A model generated the notes under the pieces. The model had not been told where the DNA came from. It searched no databases and was given only the letters and a program-made list of their open reading frames with translations. Of a stretch of DNA of 64,000 nucleotides, positions 12,791 to 26,544 are shown piece after piece. The DNA is from Marsupella aquatica (Eukaryota > Plantae > Marchantiophyta): contig OZ316893.1 in assembly GCA_973895155.1 (NCBI GenBank), positions 4,074,490 through 4,138,489 on the forward strand, in the 5' to 3' direction. Both the position numbers and the translations under genes were made by a program. Position 1 is the first letter of the stretch. Every line of letters begins with the position of its first letter.

Positions 12791-13962
12791 TAAAGAAAGC
12801 CGACTTGGAGTAACTATACATGTGCATAAAGCGCCTGCAGTGTGGCGTGACCAAGTCATCTCCCTGAATCAAACATGCGATAAACATCTACCGCCCACAA
12901 CGCAATCATGGTTGGGTACATTGCCCCAGCTCCAAACGTCGCTTGTTTGGTACTCTCCTGCGACCTACGAACCAATCCAAATCGCTTTCTCAGTGGCCTG
13001 AGTATATAGATGAAGAGCAAATGTCTAAAAGCAGAGCAAATGGAAGGAGACAGACACGAGTAATTAAAGACTTAGTAATTGATCTTCTTTTGTGCGCATT
13101 GATAGCATGAAAGTCACTCTTGCAGTTATGAAGTCAATGCCTTCGGAGCCGGATTTGAGAATGACAATCTTCAGAATTCGTAATCCTGAAGCAGTGCTTC
13201 ACAGCACTGAAATCAGAAATTATTTCTGCTGGGAAATAATTGAAGCACTGAAATGCTGGGAAATTGACATCACAGCACTCCATCGCAGCTAATTGTTAAA
13301 CCCTGTCCGTTTAACTTTCATTGAAGTGCAACAGATGCTGGAGGATCTGTTTCAATTGAATTGGCTGGACTAAAAATGCCAAGAAAGATTAGATATCCTT
13401 TCCCAGCCAATTCATATGAAGATCTTGAATGAATTGGGACGTTGAAGAGAAGTAGGGAAAGCTCCGATGCGCCTTTGTTCTCCATATCGTCAATCTTTTA
13501 GCCACCATACTCAATACGAGTAGTCCAACAATCTGGTCTAAAGCTGCCAGTCCCAATACACAAATCAAACGTTCAGCTGGCCAAACCTTGTACATCTTTT
13601 CTACAAGATCGTCGAGAGTGGACCAGGCTAAGATTCCATTCTCATTCCAAGCAACCAAGATGACATTAACAGTGACTCCATAAATCCAATGTTTAATCCC
13701 AATTTCGTAGAGCTTTTGTGGAAGATCGTTGAGTGTGGACCAGGCGAAAGTTCTTGTTCTCCTGCCGAGACAGCAAGAACCTTTACCATTGACTCACCAC
13801 TTCACCTCTCGTTAAATACTCACTTGGCTGAAGAAAGAACTTAGTTGAAATTTATCTATTGGACCACAACCACCTGTGACCGATAAAGGAGGCCAAACAC
13901 TAGTCCTATCACTACAACCTTGAAAAGGCCAACCACGTACTAGCCAAACGACACTACAACCT

Positions 13963-14004
13963 GTCAAGTCAAGTCAAGTCAAGCCAAGCCAAGTCAAGTC
14001 AAGT
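13963..14004. repeat. (TCAAG/CCAAG)n microsatellite
   Basis: Direct reading. Confidence 0.85.
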
Positions 14005-14932
14005 CGTCACCCGAACTGCTCCGGTTGTAGTATCACTCTCACTCTCCTGTTACTCACCTCAATCTGCCTCACTCAGGGTAATTCAATTCACACAGGCAAG
14101 AATGCCAAGGCGAGGATGGTGGTGATGGTGGCTGGAAAGGAACAATGAAGCAGTGTGAGCTGTCAAGTTTGCATGCTGAGATTAAAAACATCACAACCTA
14201 TTCAAGAAACCTGATGTTTCTTAATTGATTTTGGTGTTGGTTATCGTCTGCCCAGTTGCTGCTATAGCTGGTCCCAGCTGATGAGATGAACCCTTTAATG
14301 AATAAAGTTGGAGAAATTTCCAATTCCCTCTCGCTCTTCACTCAGCTCGAGGTCTTGGCATTGCAGTCGAACCGTATGTCTACTATGTCACTAATTCCGA
14401 ATCAATTCTTCGTCTTTCCTTTTCCTGAGCTCGGCTTAATTATTCTTTGAGAAAACGAGGTTGTTATGCTACTGTAGTTTAATTTAGACAGCATCCTGAC
14501 CAAAAAAGGTGGTCTAGGCTGGGCATTTGCTAACTATGCCTACTACTCACTTTCAATTATGCCTCTAGGGTCATGGTCTGAAGATTTCACTCAACACATT
14601 AGGCCCAAGGAATAACTTTCAATTGCAACTACTAGCCCTGACTACTCTTCTTTGAACGTGAATAGCGGGGAGTACAATAAAAATGTCACCAAAATATATT
14701 CCTTATTCACATTCTTTGAAGGTTAATGAAATAATAAAGGAGGCCCTTTCCCCTTTTTTCCTTCTCTTCATTGGGTTCCTTTCCCTTTGGGATCATGTCT
14801 CCTGGTTCGGCATTTTTTGCCTTTGGGCACCATGATAAATGATAAAAAAAAACATCATAAATGTCATCATTTTAAAAATTTAAGGTCATAAGGACTTGTT
14901 TGTGGCTTTACTCTAACATGCCCTATTTTATG

Positions 14933-15480
14933 CGTAATTCCTGTTAGGAAGAAAGGTTACCTGTGTGTAACCTTTTCTACTAGGTGCCACCATTTCCATA
15001 AAATCTTGCCCGGTAATCTTGCCCGGCAAGTATGACGTATGATAATGACTGTTTGGGTTAGGGTTGTAGTCTGAAACCTGTTGCCACAATGCTAAAAAAA
15101 ACTTCCTGGTTGTCACTAGTCACCAGTCAACATTTTCTCACTTTCTAGTCACAAGGTTGAGCTACAGACAAATAACCCCAAACCAAACCCTTGTAATTCT
15201 TGTCAGGAAGAAAGGTTACTGGTGTGTAACCTTTTATACTAGGTGCCACCATTTCCATAACCTTGTGCCCAGAAAATCTTGCCCGGTAATTTTTTTTCTA
15301 GGCAAGTATTACATATGATAATGACTATTTGAGCTGGGGTTACTAACTGAAACTTGTTCCCACAAAGCTGAAAAAAACTTCCCAATTGGGTCGGTCATTA
15401 TTTCCTATTTCCTCACTTTCTGGGGTTTTATCTGAAACCTCTTCCCACAAAGCCCAGAAAAACTTCTTGGCTGGTCCATG
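14933..15480. repeat. Diverged ~260-bp tandem duplication (plus partial third unit) upstream of CSN7
   Basis: 'aggaagaaaggttac..gtgtgtaacctttt.tactaggtgccaccatttccataa' at ~14946 and ~15205. The 'ctgaaac.t.tt.ccacaa.gc..aaaaaacttc' segment occurs three times. Confidence 0.8.
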
Positions 15481-16209
15481 AGCATTTACTCACTTTCTGG
15501 TCAATTCCTCAGTTTCGTCACGAGGTTACAGACTATCAACCCCACACCAAACCCTCATTACCCTAAAGTTGAAGACTGACTCGTGTAAGGTGAAAACAAG
15601 GGACCCACCATTTAAGCGACCGATCATTCTGTGTTTGTATGTGATCTGTCGCCCGGAAGGTCGCGGGTTCAAAAACTTGGACAATCTTACAAGCCTCGCC
15701 TCGCGCGCTGAGAGAGAGAGAGAGAGATTTGTTCTCCTCCACTCCACTGCTCTCGAGACGAGACGAGGGGGAGCGAAGAAACGAAAGAAGAAACACAGAG
15801 CGTCGTGTTGCATAGCTTACTCTCTTTCAGTTCGTTCATTACCTCCGTGCCGCAACAACAGTGAGCCAAGCAAGCCCCGGAGCGACGAACAACCTACGCA
15901 CCCGCACCCGATCGGCATCGGCGAAAGAGAAGTTGGACCACCGTCTGTCGACCAGCTCGAAAACGGAGATCGAAAGGCGGACGAGAAAGTCCCGATTCGT
16001 TTCGCAGGAGGGTCGGAGGGTTTTGGTTCCTGACTGATTGATTGAACACGGTCGTCGGGACACACAGAGACACACACATACTCTACACGGGCAACGGATC
16101 GATCAATTGAGCACAATCAACACGCACAGCTCTGTGTTGTATTGTCCCTCCAACATATTGTGTTTCGGAAAGCAAAAGAAAAGGGTCTTTGTCTTGGAGG
16201 GCCGGAGTG

Positions 16210-19200
16210 ATGGAGGTCGAGATGCGGCAGGCCGAGCTGGTCGAGCAATTCGTGGTCCTGGGGAAGACTGCGAGGGGGAGAGCAGCAGCGGAACTCGTAA
16301 CGCACGCTACTTCGCATCCCAACCTATATGCATTCTCGGAGCTTTTGGCTCTGCCGCATATTCTTGAGGTGAGTACAATAGACTGGTACTTCCGGATTTT
16401 TTCTTTGGATTTATCCTCTCGTGTCTCATTCCAGGCGACTACTGGGACAAGAGCCCTACCCTTGACATCGAACGAGGGAGGAAACGAACGTATTACATAG
16501 CACTTAATCCAGAAACGCTAGCGGATGAACTCCAATTAGCCTTCTTACTCGCTACCCTAATTACTTTCCTAGTGGCAACTGCGAATCATGAATAAGGGAG
16601 TTTTAATTGTCAATTTGGAGTAATGGCAACCTCACATGTAGTGCAGTGTGCATTTAAGTCTTTTCACCCGCTACCCTAATTCCTTACTAAGTAGCAGTCA
16701 GCAACCGTGAATAAAAGAATTTTTGTGGAAACTTTATAGAAACAGCGCAGTATGGTTGAATGTAGCTAGGAGACTTTCTCGCGTATAACTCCCCAGGGTC
16801 TCGTTTGAAGCCCTACTATCGGTTTGATAAACTGGACAATGGCACCTTCAGAAAACCTTGCTGGATTTTCCGCACAAACCGTGCACAATTGTCGCGAATT
16901 CCGCAGGGGGAAACAAAAATCATCTAAAGCGTTTTAGGTCACCCTTTCTTTAGATTGTCTTCTCTATACCTGTAATGGATCTACTCTCAGTAAGACATCA
17001 ATCAGCATTCTTTGTTTCCTGTCGTTCTTTCGTGCAGCTGCAAGGAACAGAGCATTCAAGCTCCCTCGATCTACTACGTCTTTTTGCCCATGGTACTTGG
17101 GCCGATTATAAAAGTAATCCTCTTATCCCGGTTCTACCTGTTGCTCTTGTGTGTAAACGTTCACAATAAATTTTATTCTCTCATGCAGTGCATCATGTTC
17201 CAGGTGAGGCCGTTGGACGTTAAAATAATTAAACTCAATTTGGTATTCCTCTGTAATGTAAAAGAGATTTGGGTAAGGTAATGAAGCTGGATTTATCTCT
17301 TACTAGATGTTTAGAATTTTAGGTCCCAGCGTATAGTGCTGCTAGCAGAAAATACATACTGTCTTTTAGTCCAGCAGGTAATCAGATTTTACTTTTTCGG
17401 TTTCGCAGATAACAGTCGGCAGCTTCCTCCCTTACATCCGGAGCAGCAACTGAAACTAAAGCAACTAACTGTTATGACGCTAGCTGAAAAATCAAAGGTA
17501 TCCTGCGCACATCTTATCACCGGTCAGGCATGTTTGGCTATAGTATCGCTGACAGTTTAGGGATTTGAGATGTAGCTGTGCCTAGCCAAACTTCTCACAT
17601 GAGTCTTACTGCCGTCTGAGATATGTTTGGAACCGACATGCTTGCATGTGTTTGTTGTAAAGTCTCACTACTTGTGAATGGCCTGGTTTTTCCCCTCGAT
17701 CTCTTTTCATTATCAACGTTTGCAGTCGCTATCAAAACTCATTTGAATCTTTTCATTAATGTGATTTGGGCGGGAACTCTATACTCTGACTCATTATGTC
17801 TTTTGATGTAGTGACGCATGGCAGCTCTGGCAACTGAAAAACAGGAAGAAAAGTTGTTGCTAAGCATTAAATGTATGTAGCAAACCCTAATACTTGCCGT
17901 TTTTCTGATGAAGGTACTACCTTACGATTTGTTGATGCAACAATTGGATGTGTCCAATGTTCGGGAGCTGGAAGATCTCTTGATCAATGACTGTATGTAT
18001 GTGGTAAGTCAATGTGCTGCTTACAGTTGAACGGCCAACTCTCTCTTTCATAGCCCCTTTGTATATTTGAAACCGAAACAAGCAACACGTGGAAAGGAAG
18101 TCTAACATCTCCTTTCTGATTTTAAATTGTATATGATTTTGGTAGAATGTTATTTTACTAGCCATGTTTCTGAAGCCACGAAGAATTTGCTGTTGTGTTC
18201 CCAGTTCCCTTATTAATGCTTGTGGTGCCCCTGTTTTTTTATTTAGAGGTTCTTCGCAATTAGTGTCTTCCTGAATTCTTCTCGTCTCGTGCACAGGGTA
18301 TTGTGAGGGGTAAATTGGATCAGCGGCAGCGCTGCTTTGAGGTAATGACGTTCAACAGAGCTTCCTGCAGATCCATGCTTTCACTTCGTGTTTATGGGTT
18401 TGTTAAGCACTCACATAAAAGTCACATCCGGTTATACGGCGAGTCAAGAGAAGCGAAATGAGAATTATCTTTGACATGCGCTCGTAAACATGTGTTGGCA
18501 CTTCAGGTTCAATTTGCTGCTGGGAGAGACTTGAGACCAGGACAGCTGGACACAATGATACAGACCCTTGCTACTTGGTATGTATTAGCCATTGCCTGTA
18601 ATACGGATTGTCTTCATTTCGTGAACTCTACCCTTTTTGAGTCTAGGGTTTTTGTTTCGACTCCTGAACAGGGCCTTGCTAGTGTTCTGTTTCCTGACGC
18701 TTTAGAGAGGGAAGCCCATTTTCAGACAGCTTGCACTTTTGCATTTTTTGTTTTGAAATGGTGTCACCGGCAAGGGTTGTAGGGAGGACCAAGTGCTACA
18801 CTTGCTGAACTAGTTGTCTAGATCTGGTGGGCACGACGTAATTGGCCAAGCTTCATCAGCGGTTACCTCTCTACGATCTATTGAGCGTGTTTCTGATGTA
18901 TGCTGTTTACAGGCTGGGTAACACTGACAACCTTTTGCTGGCCATTCAAGACAAGATCAAATGGGCAGACAGCATGAGTGATTTAGATCGAAAGCACAAG
19001 AAGGAAGTAGAAGACAGGGCAGAGGAGCTAAGAAAGTCAATCAAGGTAAGTGACGTTATCCTTGTTGCTAATTTTTGCATCTGCATGCATTTTACTCACA
19101 TCCTTCGGTGTCGCAAAGGGAATGAAGTTCTCGGAATCAATTTCGGTTCTAGCTGGAGTTTCCTGATTTGTTGGCTTATTTTTGCACTAGGAATACAATA

Positions 19201-20354
19201 AAACTGAGTGCTTGCCTGTGGGAATCATATAATCAACATCTCATTCGTAGGCGATTTTGCACGTTTTGGGGAGCGTTGAAACCCGATTCTTTTCCGTCAT
19301 TCAGATGTCTAGCGCAAATGAGAATCTTATCTTGGAGGCAGTGAGGGTTTGAGTTTGGACCTGTGGATTACTTAGATGTTGAGTTTCGTTAGGTTGTTTC
19401 TGGGTGGAATTCTTGTTCTAGACTTCGAACCTGTTGATAGCCTGATGTTTATAGCACTTAATAATGCAATGGAGACGAAAGTTGTTCGATATGTGTTTCT
19501 CACTTGTTGGCAGAAGCCTTTGTACACCAACCTGTAAGCAGGCCGAAATGGATTTACGAGGACAACAAGATGTGGGGTATACTACTGAAAGTGGGGCTTT
19601 GGTTATGGATTATGTTGAGGAGGACCGGTCCCGCCCTAAGAGGTGAGCATTGTCCCTATCCCTCCCAGACCACAGGCTCTTCAAGAAGTAGTAAGTGAAT
19701 GCATGAATGGATGAGTCGGAGACCTATGTTCAACTTTCACAGCCTTCAATAAACTTTTGGTGTTCAAGTCGGTATTTGTCTCGATCTAACGAAGTTCTAG
19801 CAAGAATTGATGGAATCTCCCAAACTCTACACATCTCACTGATGACTGGCTCATTTATAAAAGTACGAACTTCTTTTATTGTGGTGTTAAATACAGTTGC
19901 TATCCTTGCCCTTGTGATGAAGCCTTCAGTCTCTCTGCAAGTAAGCCTGAATTATATTATGTCATATGGTCCTATCTAAGATGGTACCAACGTCTCTGGC
20001 CTTCCCAAATTTAGAACTTGCACTAATTCCAAAGAAGAAAGCTATATCTTCAAACCACTTGTGCTATGTAGCTCTTTCCTGGTCAAAAGTCCTGACTGAA
20101 AAAACTGCCGTCTCTACCCTGCTGTGCCGGTGAAGGAAGCTTCCCATGCATGAGAAAAGGTATGTCCATCTTTCTCAGAGAGGGCTTACCTTTGCAAATT
20201 TCCGTGCTGATCCTTCATTCAACGAATCTTATCCCTGATATTGGTGCCAAGAATGGTGTGATCAGTGCTCGTACATGATACAAGGGTCAACCTGTGAGTT
20301 CTGTTTGTGGATAGAGACTAATGTCGGATTATGTGTGTATGCAGAAGGCGGTAG
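16210..20354 (+). CDS. CSN7: COP9 signalosome complex subunit 7 (PCI domain), 9 coding exons: ~16210-16368, 17038-17113, 17409-17497, 17914-18003, 18297-18341, 18508-18578, 18913-19045, ~19542-19642, 20345-20354
   Basis: Spliced translation MEVEMRQAELVEQFVVL..ATSHPNLYAFSELL..LDLLRLFAHGTWADYK..QLKLKQLTVMTLAE..VLPYDLLMQQLDVSNVRELEDLLINDCMYVGIVRGKLDQRQRCFEVQFAAGRDLRPGQL..IQDKIKWADSMS..MDYVEEDRSRPKRRR* matches the known plant CSN7/FUS5 pattern. GT-AG junctions are present. Confidence 0.95.
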
Positions 20355-21072
20355 GAACACATAGTAGCACCTGGTTGTCAATGTAGCACAATCACGAACC
20401 CATTTTTTGGAGGTCTAGATTTGTCTTCTTTCTCCCACAGAGCTAACCGATTCTTTGATGGTTGGATTGACCCCCTCAACGCTTGCGCTTGCAGCATCAC
20501 ATAGGAGTTGCTAGAAGGTAGAGAACACAATTTGGTAAAATAGCTCCTCTTGATAGTTTCAAAGATTAGGAAATTCGACGAAGTCTATTTGTAGAGGCTT
20601 GTTTCATCTATATGCTGTGAGAACTGGAGGGTCAGCTATGACAATATTTCATGGCTGCTTCGCCATCAAACTGAGTTGCGACCACATGATTTCTGGTCTC
20701 TGTGAGCTCTGTCTAGGTCAGTGGCTAAATTCAAAGCCCACCATAATTTTTGAGAAAGTGCGGTCTTGTACATCGAAGTAAAACAGCGAAGTTCGTTTGC
20801 AGCCCTAGAACGTGTGTTCTTTTTAATAATTTATGATTGGACTTATCCGGAATGTTTAACATGCTTAACTATTTGTGCACGTAGTTTATTGAAATGTCAA
20901 CGAGCAATTGCGAAGGTCAATTGTAAAAAGTTTTCCCTTTTCGAAGTTGGAGTAGCCCTTTCATTACTGTCTCTAAATCTGAAGTTGACATCGCTAGTTC
21001 ATTCCATAACCTGAAGGTCAGATTAGAAACCTTGGGGTGGGTCCGAAAACCTTGCAGTCGGGAAGTTCATCC

Positions 21073-21189
21073 GAGGGTCCCTTATTGCCTCTTATATTAC
21101 TATATTTCTTTTTGTACCATGAGGACAACTGAGGGTCCTTTATTGCCTCTTATATTACTATATTTCTTTTTGTACCATGAGGACAACTG
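21073..21189. repeat. ~58-bp near-perfect tandem duplication
   Basis: gagggtcc(c/t)ttattgcctcttatattactatatttctttttgtaccatgaggacaact x2. Confidence 0.9.
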
Positions 21190-22536
21190 CACAGGTGCCT
21201 AGACGATTGTGGTGTTTGTAGCCAGAAGACAACTTGTACCTACTCCATGTGCACACCAGAGGAACCTCCAGGACTACCAATCTCTTAGGGCCAGGTTCCA
21301 TGGGCCAGGGGCAGGGAGTACCATCACTCCCTCTAACAGCCCCTGGAGCCAATGAGAATGCCCTGTATTGTTCCTATACAAGGGCAAGGGGTACCCCTGA
21401 AGTGTGACTACAGTGTTTGTACACTCCTCAATCCCTGGAAAAGCTGCAATCTTATTAGCTTAAAAATTCTGACAGTATCCGTACTCCTTACTCTCAGCCC
21501 CATGGAACCTAGCCTTTAGTAGTTGTTTCAGACATTGAATTAACTCTCAACGTAACCTAGGGTTAGTGCTTACCTTACTGACGGGCATAGTTTCCGGTAG
21601 GTACCCCTCCATTCCCATAATCTTCCCTGTAGACACTCAGGACTCCCCTCCAGACATGAATAACCCCCCATGCAGAAAGGCATAATGTGTCACTAGAAGT
21701 GGCTTATTCCTCACCGTCTGAGAATATTTTCATTGTTACAATGAGCTATAGGTGACATCAGATGACAGCAGTCATATCAGACTACACATGGCAGCAATTT
21801 CAGCAGATTCAAGTGAAGCGATGCAACCATGTATAGATGCCAGACTGCAACAACCGACTCCACACAAATTGATTTACGCAAAAGCTTTTGTCTGAGGAAA
21901 ATCCATTGTCACTTTATTCATTGAATCATCAAACAATGATCCTTGTTCACGGGATCAACTTGCTTAAGATTTACATCAAAAAACTAGAGTCACATGATAA
22001 ACAAGATCTGTTCTGATCTAAATGTAATTCCTAATCTACACACCTGCTATGAACATTCTCTGTGCTTCTAACTCTATGATCAACAGCTTCTAGCATTCTC
22101 CTTGCTGTCATCATCATTGTTCTTGTCGCCACAAATGATGTTAATCGTACAATGTTGGAACTGCTTACCACTCATGTTACTTCCTCCGGAAATTGAGAGC
22201 TACTTGTTCCTCTAAAATCCTTTGCTGTAGTAGGATTCTGTGCCAAGTACACCTCAAAATTGATGTCATCAGTCTCCTTATGCTACTTGGAGACTTCTTC
22301 AGTGTGCTCCTTATGTCACTGCACTACCTTTGCAGTTGGCACATACTCCTGGGCCTTCTTCAAAGTATCGAAACATTCCTCGTTGTGACAAAAGCTCACA
22401 AAAAATCAACACAAATGTGACCAAAAAAATATTGAAGCCTCTACCTGCATCGTGCTGGTGTTGCTTGTCGGTTTTGAACTTCCAATGATGTCCTTGCAAA
22501 TGACAGGAGACAACGTGGTTCCACTCAAATGTTGCA

Positions 22537-25500
22537 CTAAGGGATAACCATTGGCCCAATCAGTGGATTCAATGTTTTTGAGTAGCCAATCACCTCATCT
22601 TCCACAAATCGCTTAGATACCTCTGTAAGCGCAGTCTCGTAATTCAAACCAGGTCTTGAAGAAACAAGAGTCGTTGCTTCCATTTTCAAGAGTTTGGTTC
22701 GGTCGTGCCTTTGATAGCCATCAACAATATGATGACCTGATATCATCATACCCACATCGTCAAGTACGCCCCAAGAAGCCATCCGCGTAATAAAAGTAGC
22801 TCGCCCACTCTTGTTGATGAACAGGTCTGTCAACAGGCCAACAAGCTGCAGCATGGTTCTTTAGCCACTTAGCGCTCGGTTTCGAGCCACCTTGTGCTTT
22901 CTATTATACCATGCAATGCTGGTCAGGATAGTAATTGGACCTAGAAACAAATATGGCTTAGTTTCAGCCACATCCTCCACTAGCAGGCGTCACAAGTATT
23001 GCTTGACGCACAAGACAATATCTGGCTCAAGCAAGTGGTACAAATTTTGAAATTGCTCCTCATTGTAATGACTTAGTGTATAATTGTTTGTTTTCAATTC
23101 TCGCTCTTCAAACCTGAACAGATGCCACAAAAACAGCAAAGCTGAGAAGCGCCTCCATCAATGTTCACTTGAATGAATTGACAAATGAGTAAAAATGAAT
23201 CACAAAGTTTTGCTTAGCACACAAAAGCCATTACAAATCAAGAAACAACATCAGCTCAAGAATCAAAAGAAAGCAACACAGTTACCTCACGTACTCCTAT
23301 CACAATCTGTTCACCTCAATTCTCAAATCCTTTCGTTGCAAATCACAGTTCGCCACCACCTCTTATTCCAAGATGACAAAGACAATAAAGTGCGAGTTGT
23401 TTCTGGCAGCCATATGGACTGGTAATTTGATGGTCGATGTCAGCCAACACAGTGTTTCTATATCCTCTATAATCATCTGAACCTGCCACCAAAGAACTAG
23501 GAAACAATAGGAGGAGCCAGGAATTGGGAGTGTCGTGGTCAACAGGTGAAGGAGTAAGATCAGCAATTGGTGCCATTTGGCTGACGTTGATTCGCACATT
23601 GTGCTGGACCGATTAGATACACAGCTCAAAATTTGGGTTGCGGTCCATGGCATCATGCCCGCGAGGGTCAGGCTTCTTGTGTTCTGTCGTCACGGAGATG
23701 CTTGTTGTGTGAAGAGAAAGTACCTTCCAAATATGAACAGGTCGGAGTAAATGAGTGCTTGACTCACATCGATAGATCGCAAAGTTGCCGAAGTCGACTA
23801 TTTTGTCATTAGCTTTAAGTCCATCCGTATCAGGATTTTGACTCGACCGCACCAGAGATTGTCGTGCTACAAAATTATGAAGGAATGCCACGATTCTTTC
23901 TTGTTGTGCTAAGAGTTTCCTTCTCAAATCAAGCAATGAACATTAAAAGTCAAAAGAATGTGGAGTCTTTTTTTGGAGGAGCTGCAAGGAGCTGAAAAAT
24001 GGTCTGGCGGAGCTGAACTCATCGAACTGTGAGCCCTTCAGTCTTGGTCTGGGAGTGGTGCGGGATGGATGCGGCAGAGTTATCGACCTGCCTGATCTTA
24101 TGATGATTACAAATTGCTGAACTGTTTACTCCTGATCAAAGGAGTGTGATTACTGCGATCCAAAGTGATTTCTCGTCGTTTTTAGCTTTAGGTTTGACAC
24201 ACGGGAGATCTCTTTTAGGGTTGATTACACACGAGAGCGGCTGTGGGCGTGTGCTGGATGCACGCACTTGAGGTAGGATGCAGATGATGATTAGGTAAAG
24301 ACAAGCGGATTTACGAGTCACTCAAAGTAACTTGGATTAGGGGGTATAATCTTGATTACACATCGTGGTGTAATCTTTGCGAAGGTAACAGATCGATCTC
24401 TCTCATCGGAATGGTGGATAGATAGCGAGGACCTATTCTTCAAAGGGAAGATATGGGTGAGCACTTACGGTTTTGCTCTGTGTTTTCAATTAGCTTTATA
24501 CTTAATTCTTGAGAGATTAGTGCAAAAGATTGCTGTAAAATCGAATTAGGAGGAAGCAGTGGGGGCAACGTAACTTGGAGAGCTGGCCCTAAGCAGTACA
24601 GTATGTCGCGTAATCGACATTGGACTGGACCTGAGGGCAGGGGCAGGGGCCCTGCTTCTAATCGATATGGAGCTGAGAGGCATGATGAAGAAGGGGGCGA
24701 TAAGCATTGGTCTCACTCGAGTGGCCGTCCGGAGGAGATTGCTTTGACACGAAGTAGCTACTCTGATGCGCTTGCGGGTGAACCTCTGTCGAGGAAGGTA
24801 GTACCTAGTCAGGATGTTCGAGCTGCATCTGGCACTTGACCTACTACTAGTGAGAATACTGGGCAAGCGGCCCCTGGTGACACTATACAGAGTTGGTATG
24901 GACTTTTTAAAAAAATTTAAAAAAACATTTATAAAAAAAAGTCAAAAGAATGTTGTAGATAGAATTCTTGCTTGCTTTCATTTTTTATTCCCGCCATCCC
25001 GTGCAAACTTCCTTATTGCTTCCCTTAGAACCAATCAAGTTTTGGTGAAGGTTGGATGCGAATTGATGTTGATTTGTCTCAACCAAACCTTCTGTGATAC
25101 CATTCAGAGCTCGAATAACACTGGCATGCCGAATGATTGGATTTAGGCCATTCATCATGTTCATGAGAGTGGAGTTGGGATATGGTGATCCATCGACCTT
25201 TATCGCCCTTGAAAATAAGTGGCTAAAGAGTTCATCGAGCTTAACTAAGGGCAGGTCCCCTATAAGAACTGACATATCTCAATGCATGGCCGATCGGAGC
25301 TGATCAGCTTGCCTCATTGCCCAACGATCTTTGTGTTCAGAAGGCTGTTTCTCTTTTCCACGACTAGCCTCCACCAATACAGGATCAACAACATCTCTTA
25401 GTGCTGGAATACTGACGACTGTGGCAGTTGATCCCTCACCATGTGCAACTATGCCATTTCTTTCCTGTGAAGTACCTGCATTCTGAAGAGTGGGAATGGC

Positions 25501-25734
25501 AACAATACATCCATCAAATTGAGGTAAATCAGCAAGGAAATCATGAATTGTCTCAAGCTCGCTTGGAAGCTCAAGAAGGCACATCTCCAAGTCATCCAAA
25601 TCTTGGGAATCTGCTTCATCATCTTTGGTCTTTGCAATGTCATCTTCGATCTTGGCAGCCATAACCCTCTGGACAGATTTTGATATGACTTGAAATGACT
25701 GAGATGGATAAGTGAAACTCTCCAAGACCTTCAT
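22537..25734 (-). pseudogene. Crypton/DUF3504-like tyrosine recombinase (DNA transposon gene), spliced and degenerate; exons ~25734-24955, 23482-23286, 23113-22537
   Basis: Minus-strand motifs occur in the expected order: KDRWAMRQ; LDELFSHLFSRAIKVDGSPYPNSTL; KQARILST; SPYGCQKQLALYCLCHLGIRGGGEL; EYVR|FEERELKTN across a GT-AG intron (23285-23114); CVKQYL*R..YLFLGP..WYNRKHKVARN; LVGL..INKSGRATFITRM..GV..MMISGH....GYQR. Several stops and frameshifts are present. Confidence 0.8.
23962..24936 (+). mobile_element. ~1-kb A-tailed insertion (non-LTR retroposon-like) with ~17-bp TSD, inside the recombinase gene
   Basis: aaaagtcaaaagaatgt occurs at 23945-23961 and 24937-24953, and the 3' end is A-rich (aaaaaatttaaaaaaacatttataaaa). 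Confidence 0.65.
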
Positions 25735-26544
25735 GAAGTGTTCAATAATGCATCCACACCAATCGTCTTTTGCAAATGTCTTATACGAAGGACTACAGAC
25801 TCAATGCAACATACAAACCTGAAAATGCTTGAACTAGTGAATGGACCCAATTCAGCAGGCTACATCGCGCAGCAAAGAGAGGGAATTCAAATTCTGTGCA
25901 CGACAGCACTTCTCTATGATCTCCCATGTTGATTTCAAATCTTGCCCTGCCAACGCCTCAGCCTTGACGATCATAGTCTCACCTCAAAAAATGAACCAAC
26001 TATGCTCATCCCATCACAAAGCTATACACTCTTTTCAAACGTCTTTTCCTTGCTTGGACGTCATTGGTTGGACTGTTTGTAGCCGGTAAGATAATCACTG
26101 ACCCTAGATTACGTACGGATAACGATCTAACGGTTGTTACTAGCGTTCAATCGGCCATCCCCTATTCCTCCCCAAACTCTCCCGGCTGCGTCGATCGAGT
26201 CAAGGTCGGAACTTGGTCGAGCAGGTTACATGCCAATAACCTCCCTATAGATCGGTATTATCTTATACATTGCACAGGGAGAATATGATCTTTCATGGGA
26301 TAGACTACAAGCAATTACATTCATCATCAACTTGAGTGTGATTCATTTTCAACACCCTCCCTTGAGCCCTAGATTCATCATCAATTTGATCAATTTGAGT
26401 GTGGTTCATTTCAACACTGTCCCGTGAGCCACACTTGCTACAAGGGAGACTTCTGATTTTTGGATTTGATAGCATGTTGGAATTGTCAAGGGAAATTTTT
26501 GATCTTTGGCTCTGATAGCATGTTGGAACTGTAAACAGGATGGA

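Noticed and set aside
15526-16116. Cluster of overlapping ORFs upstream of CSN7 (e.g. 154 aa at 15569-16033)
   Set aside because: GC-rich promoter/5'UTR with GA repeats. ORFs occur in many frames with no recognisable domains.
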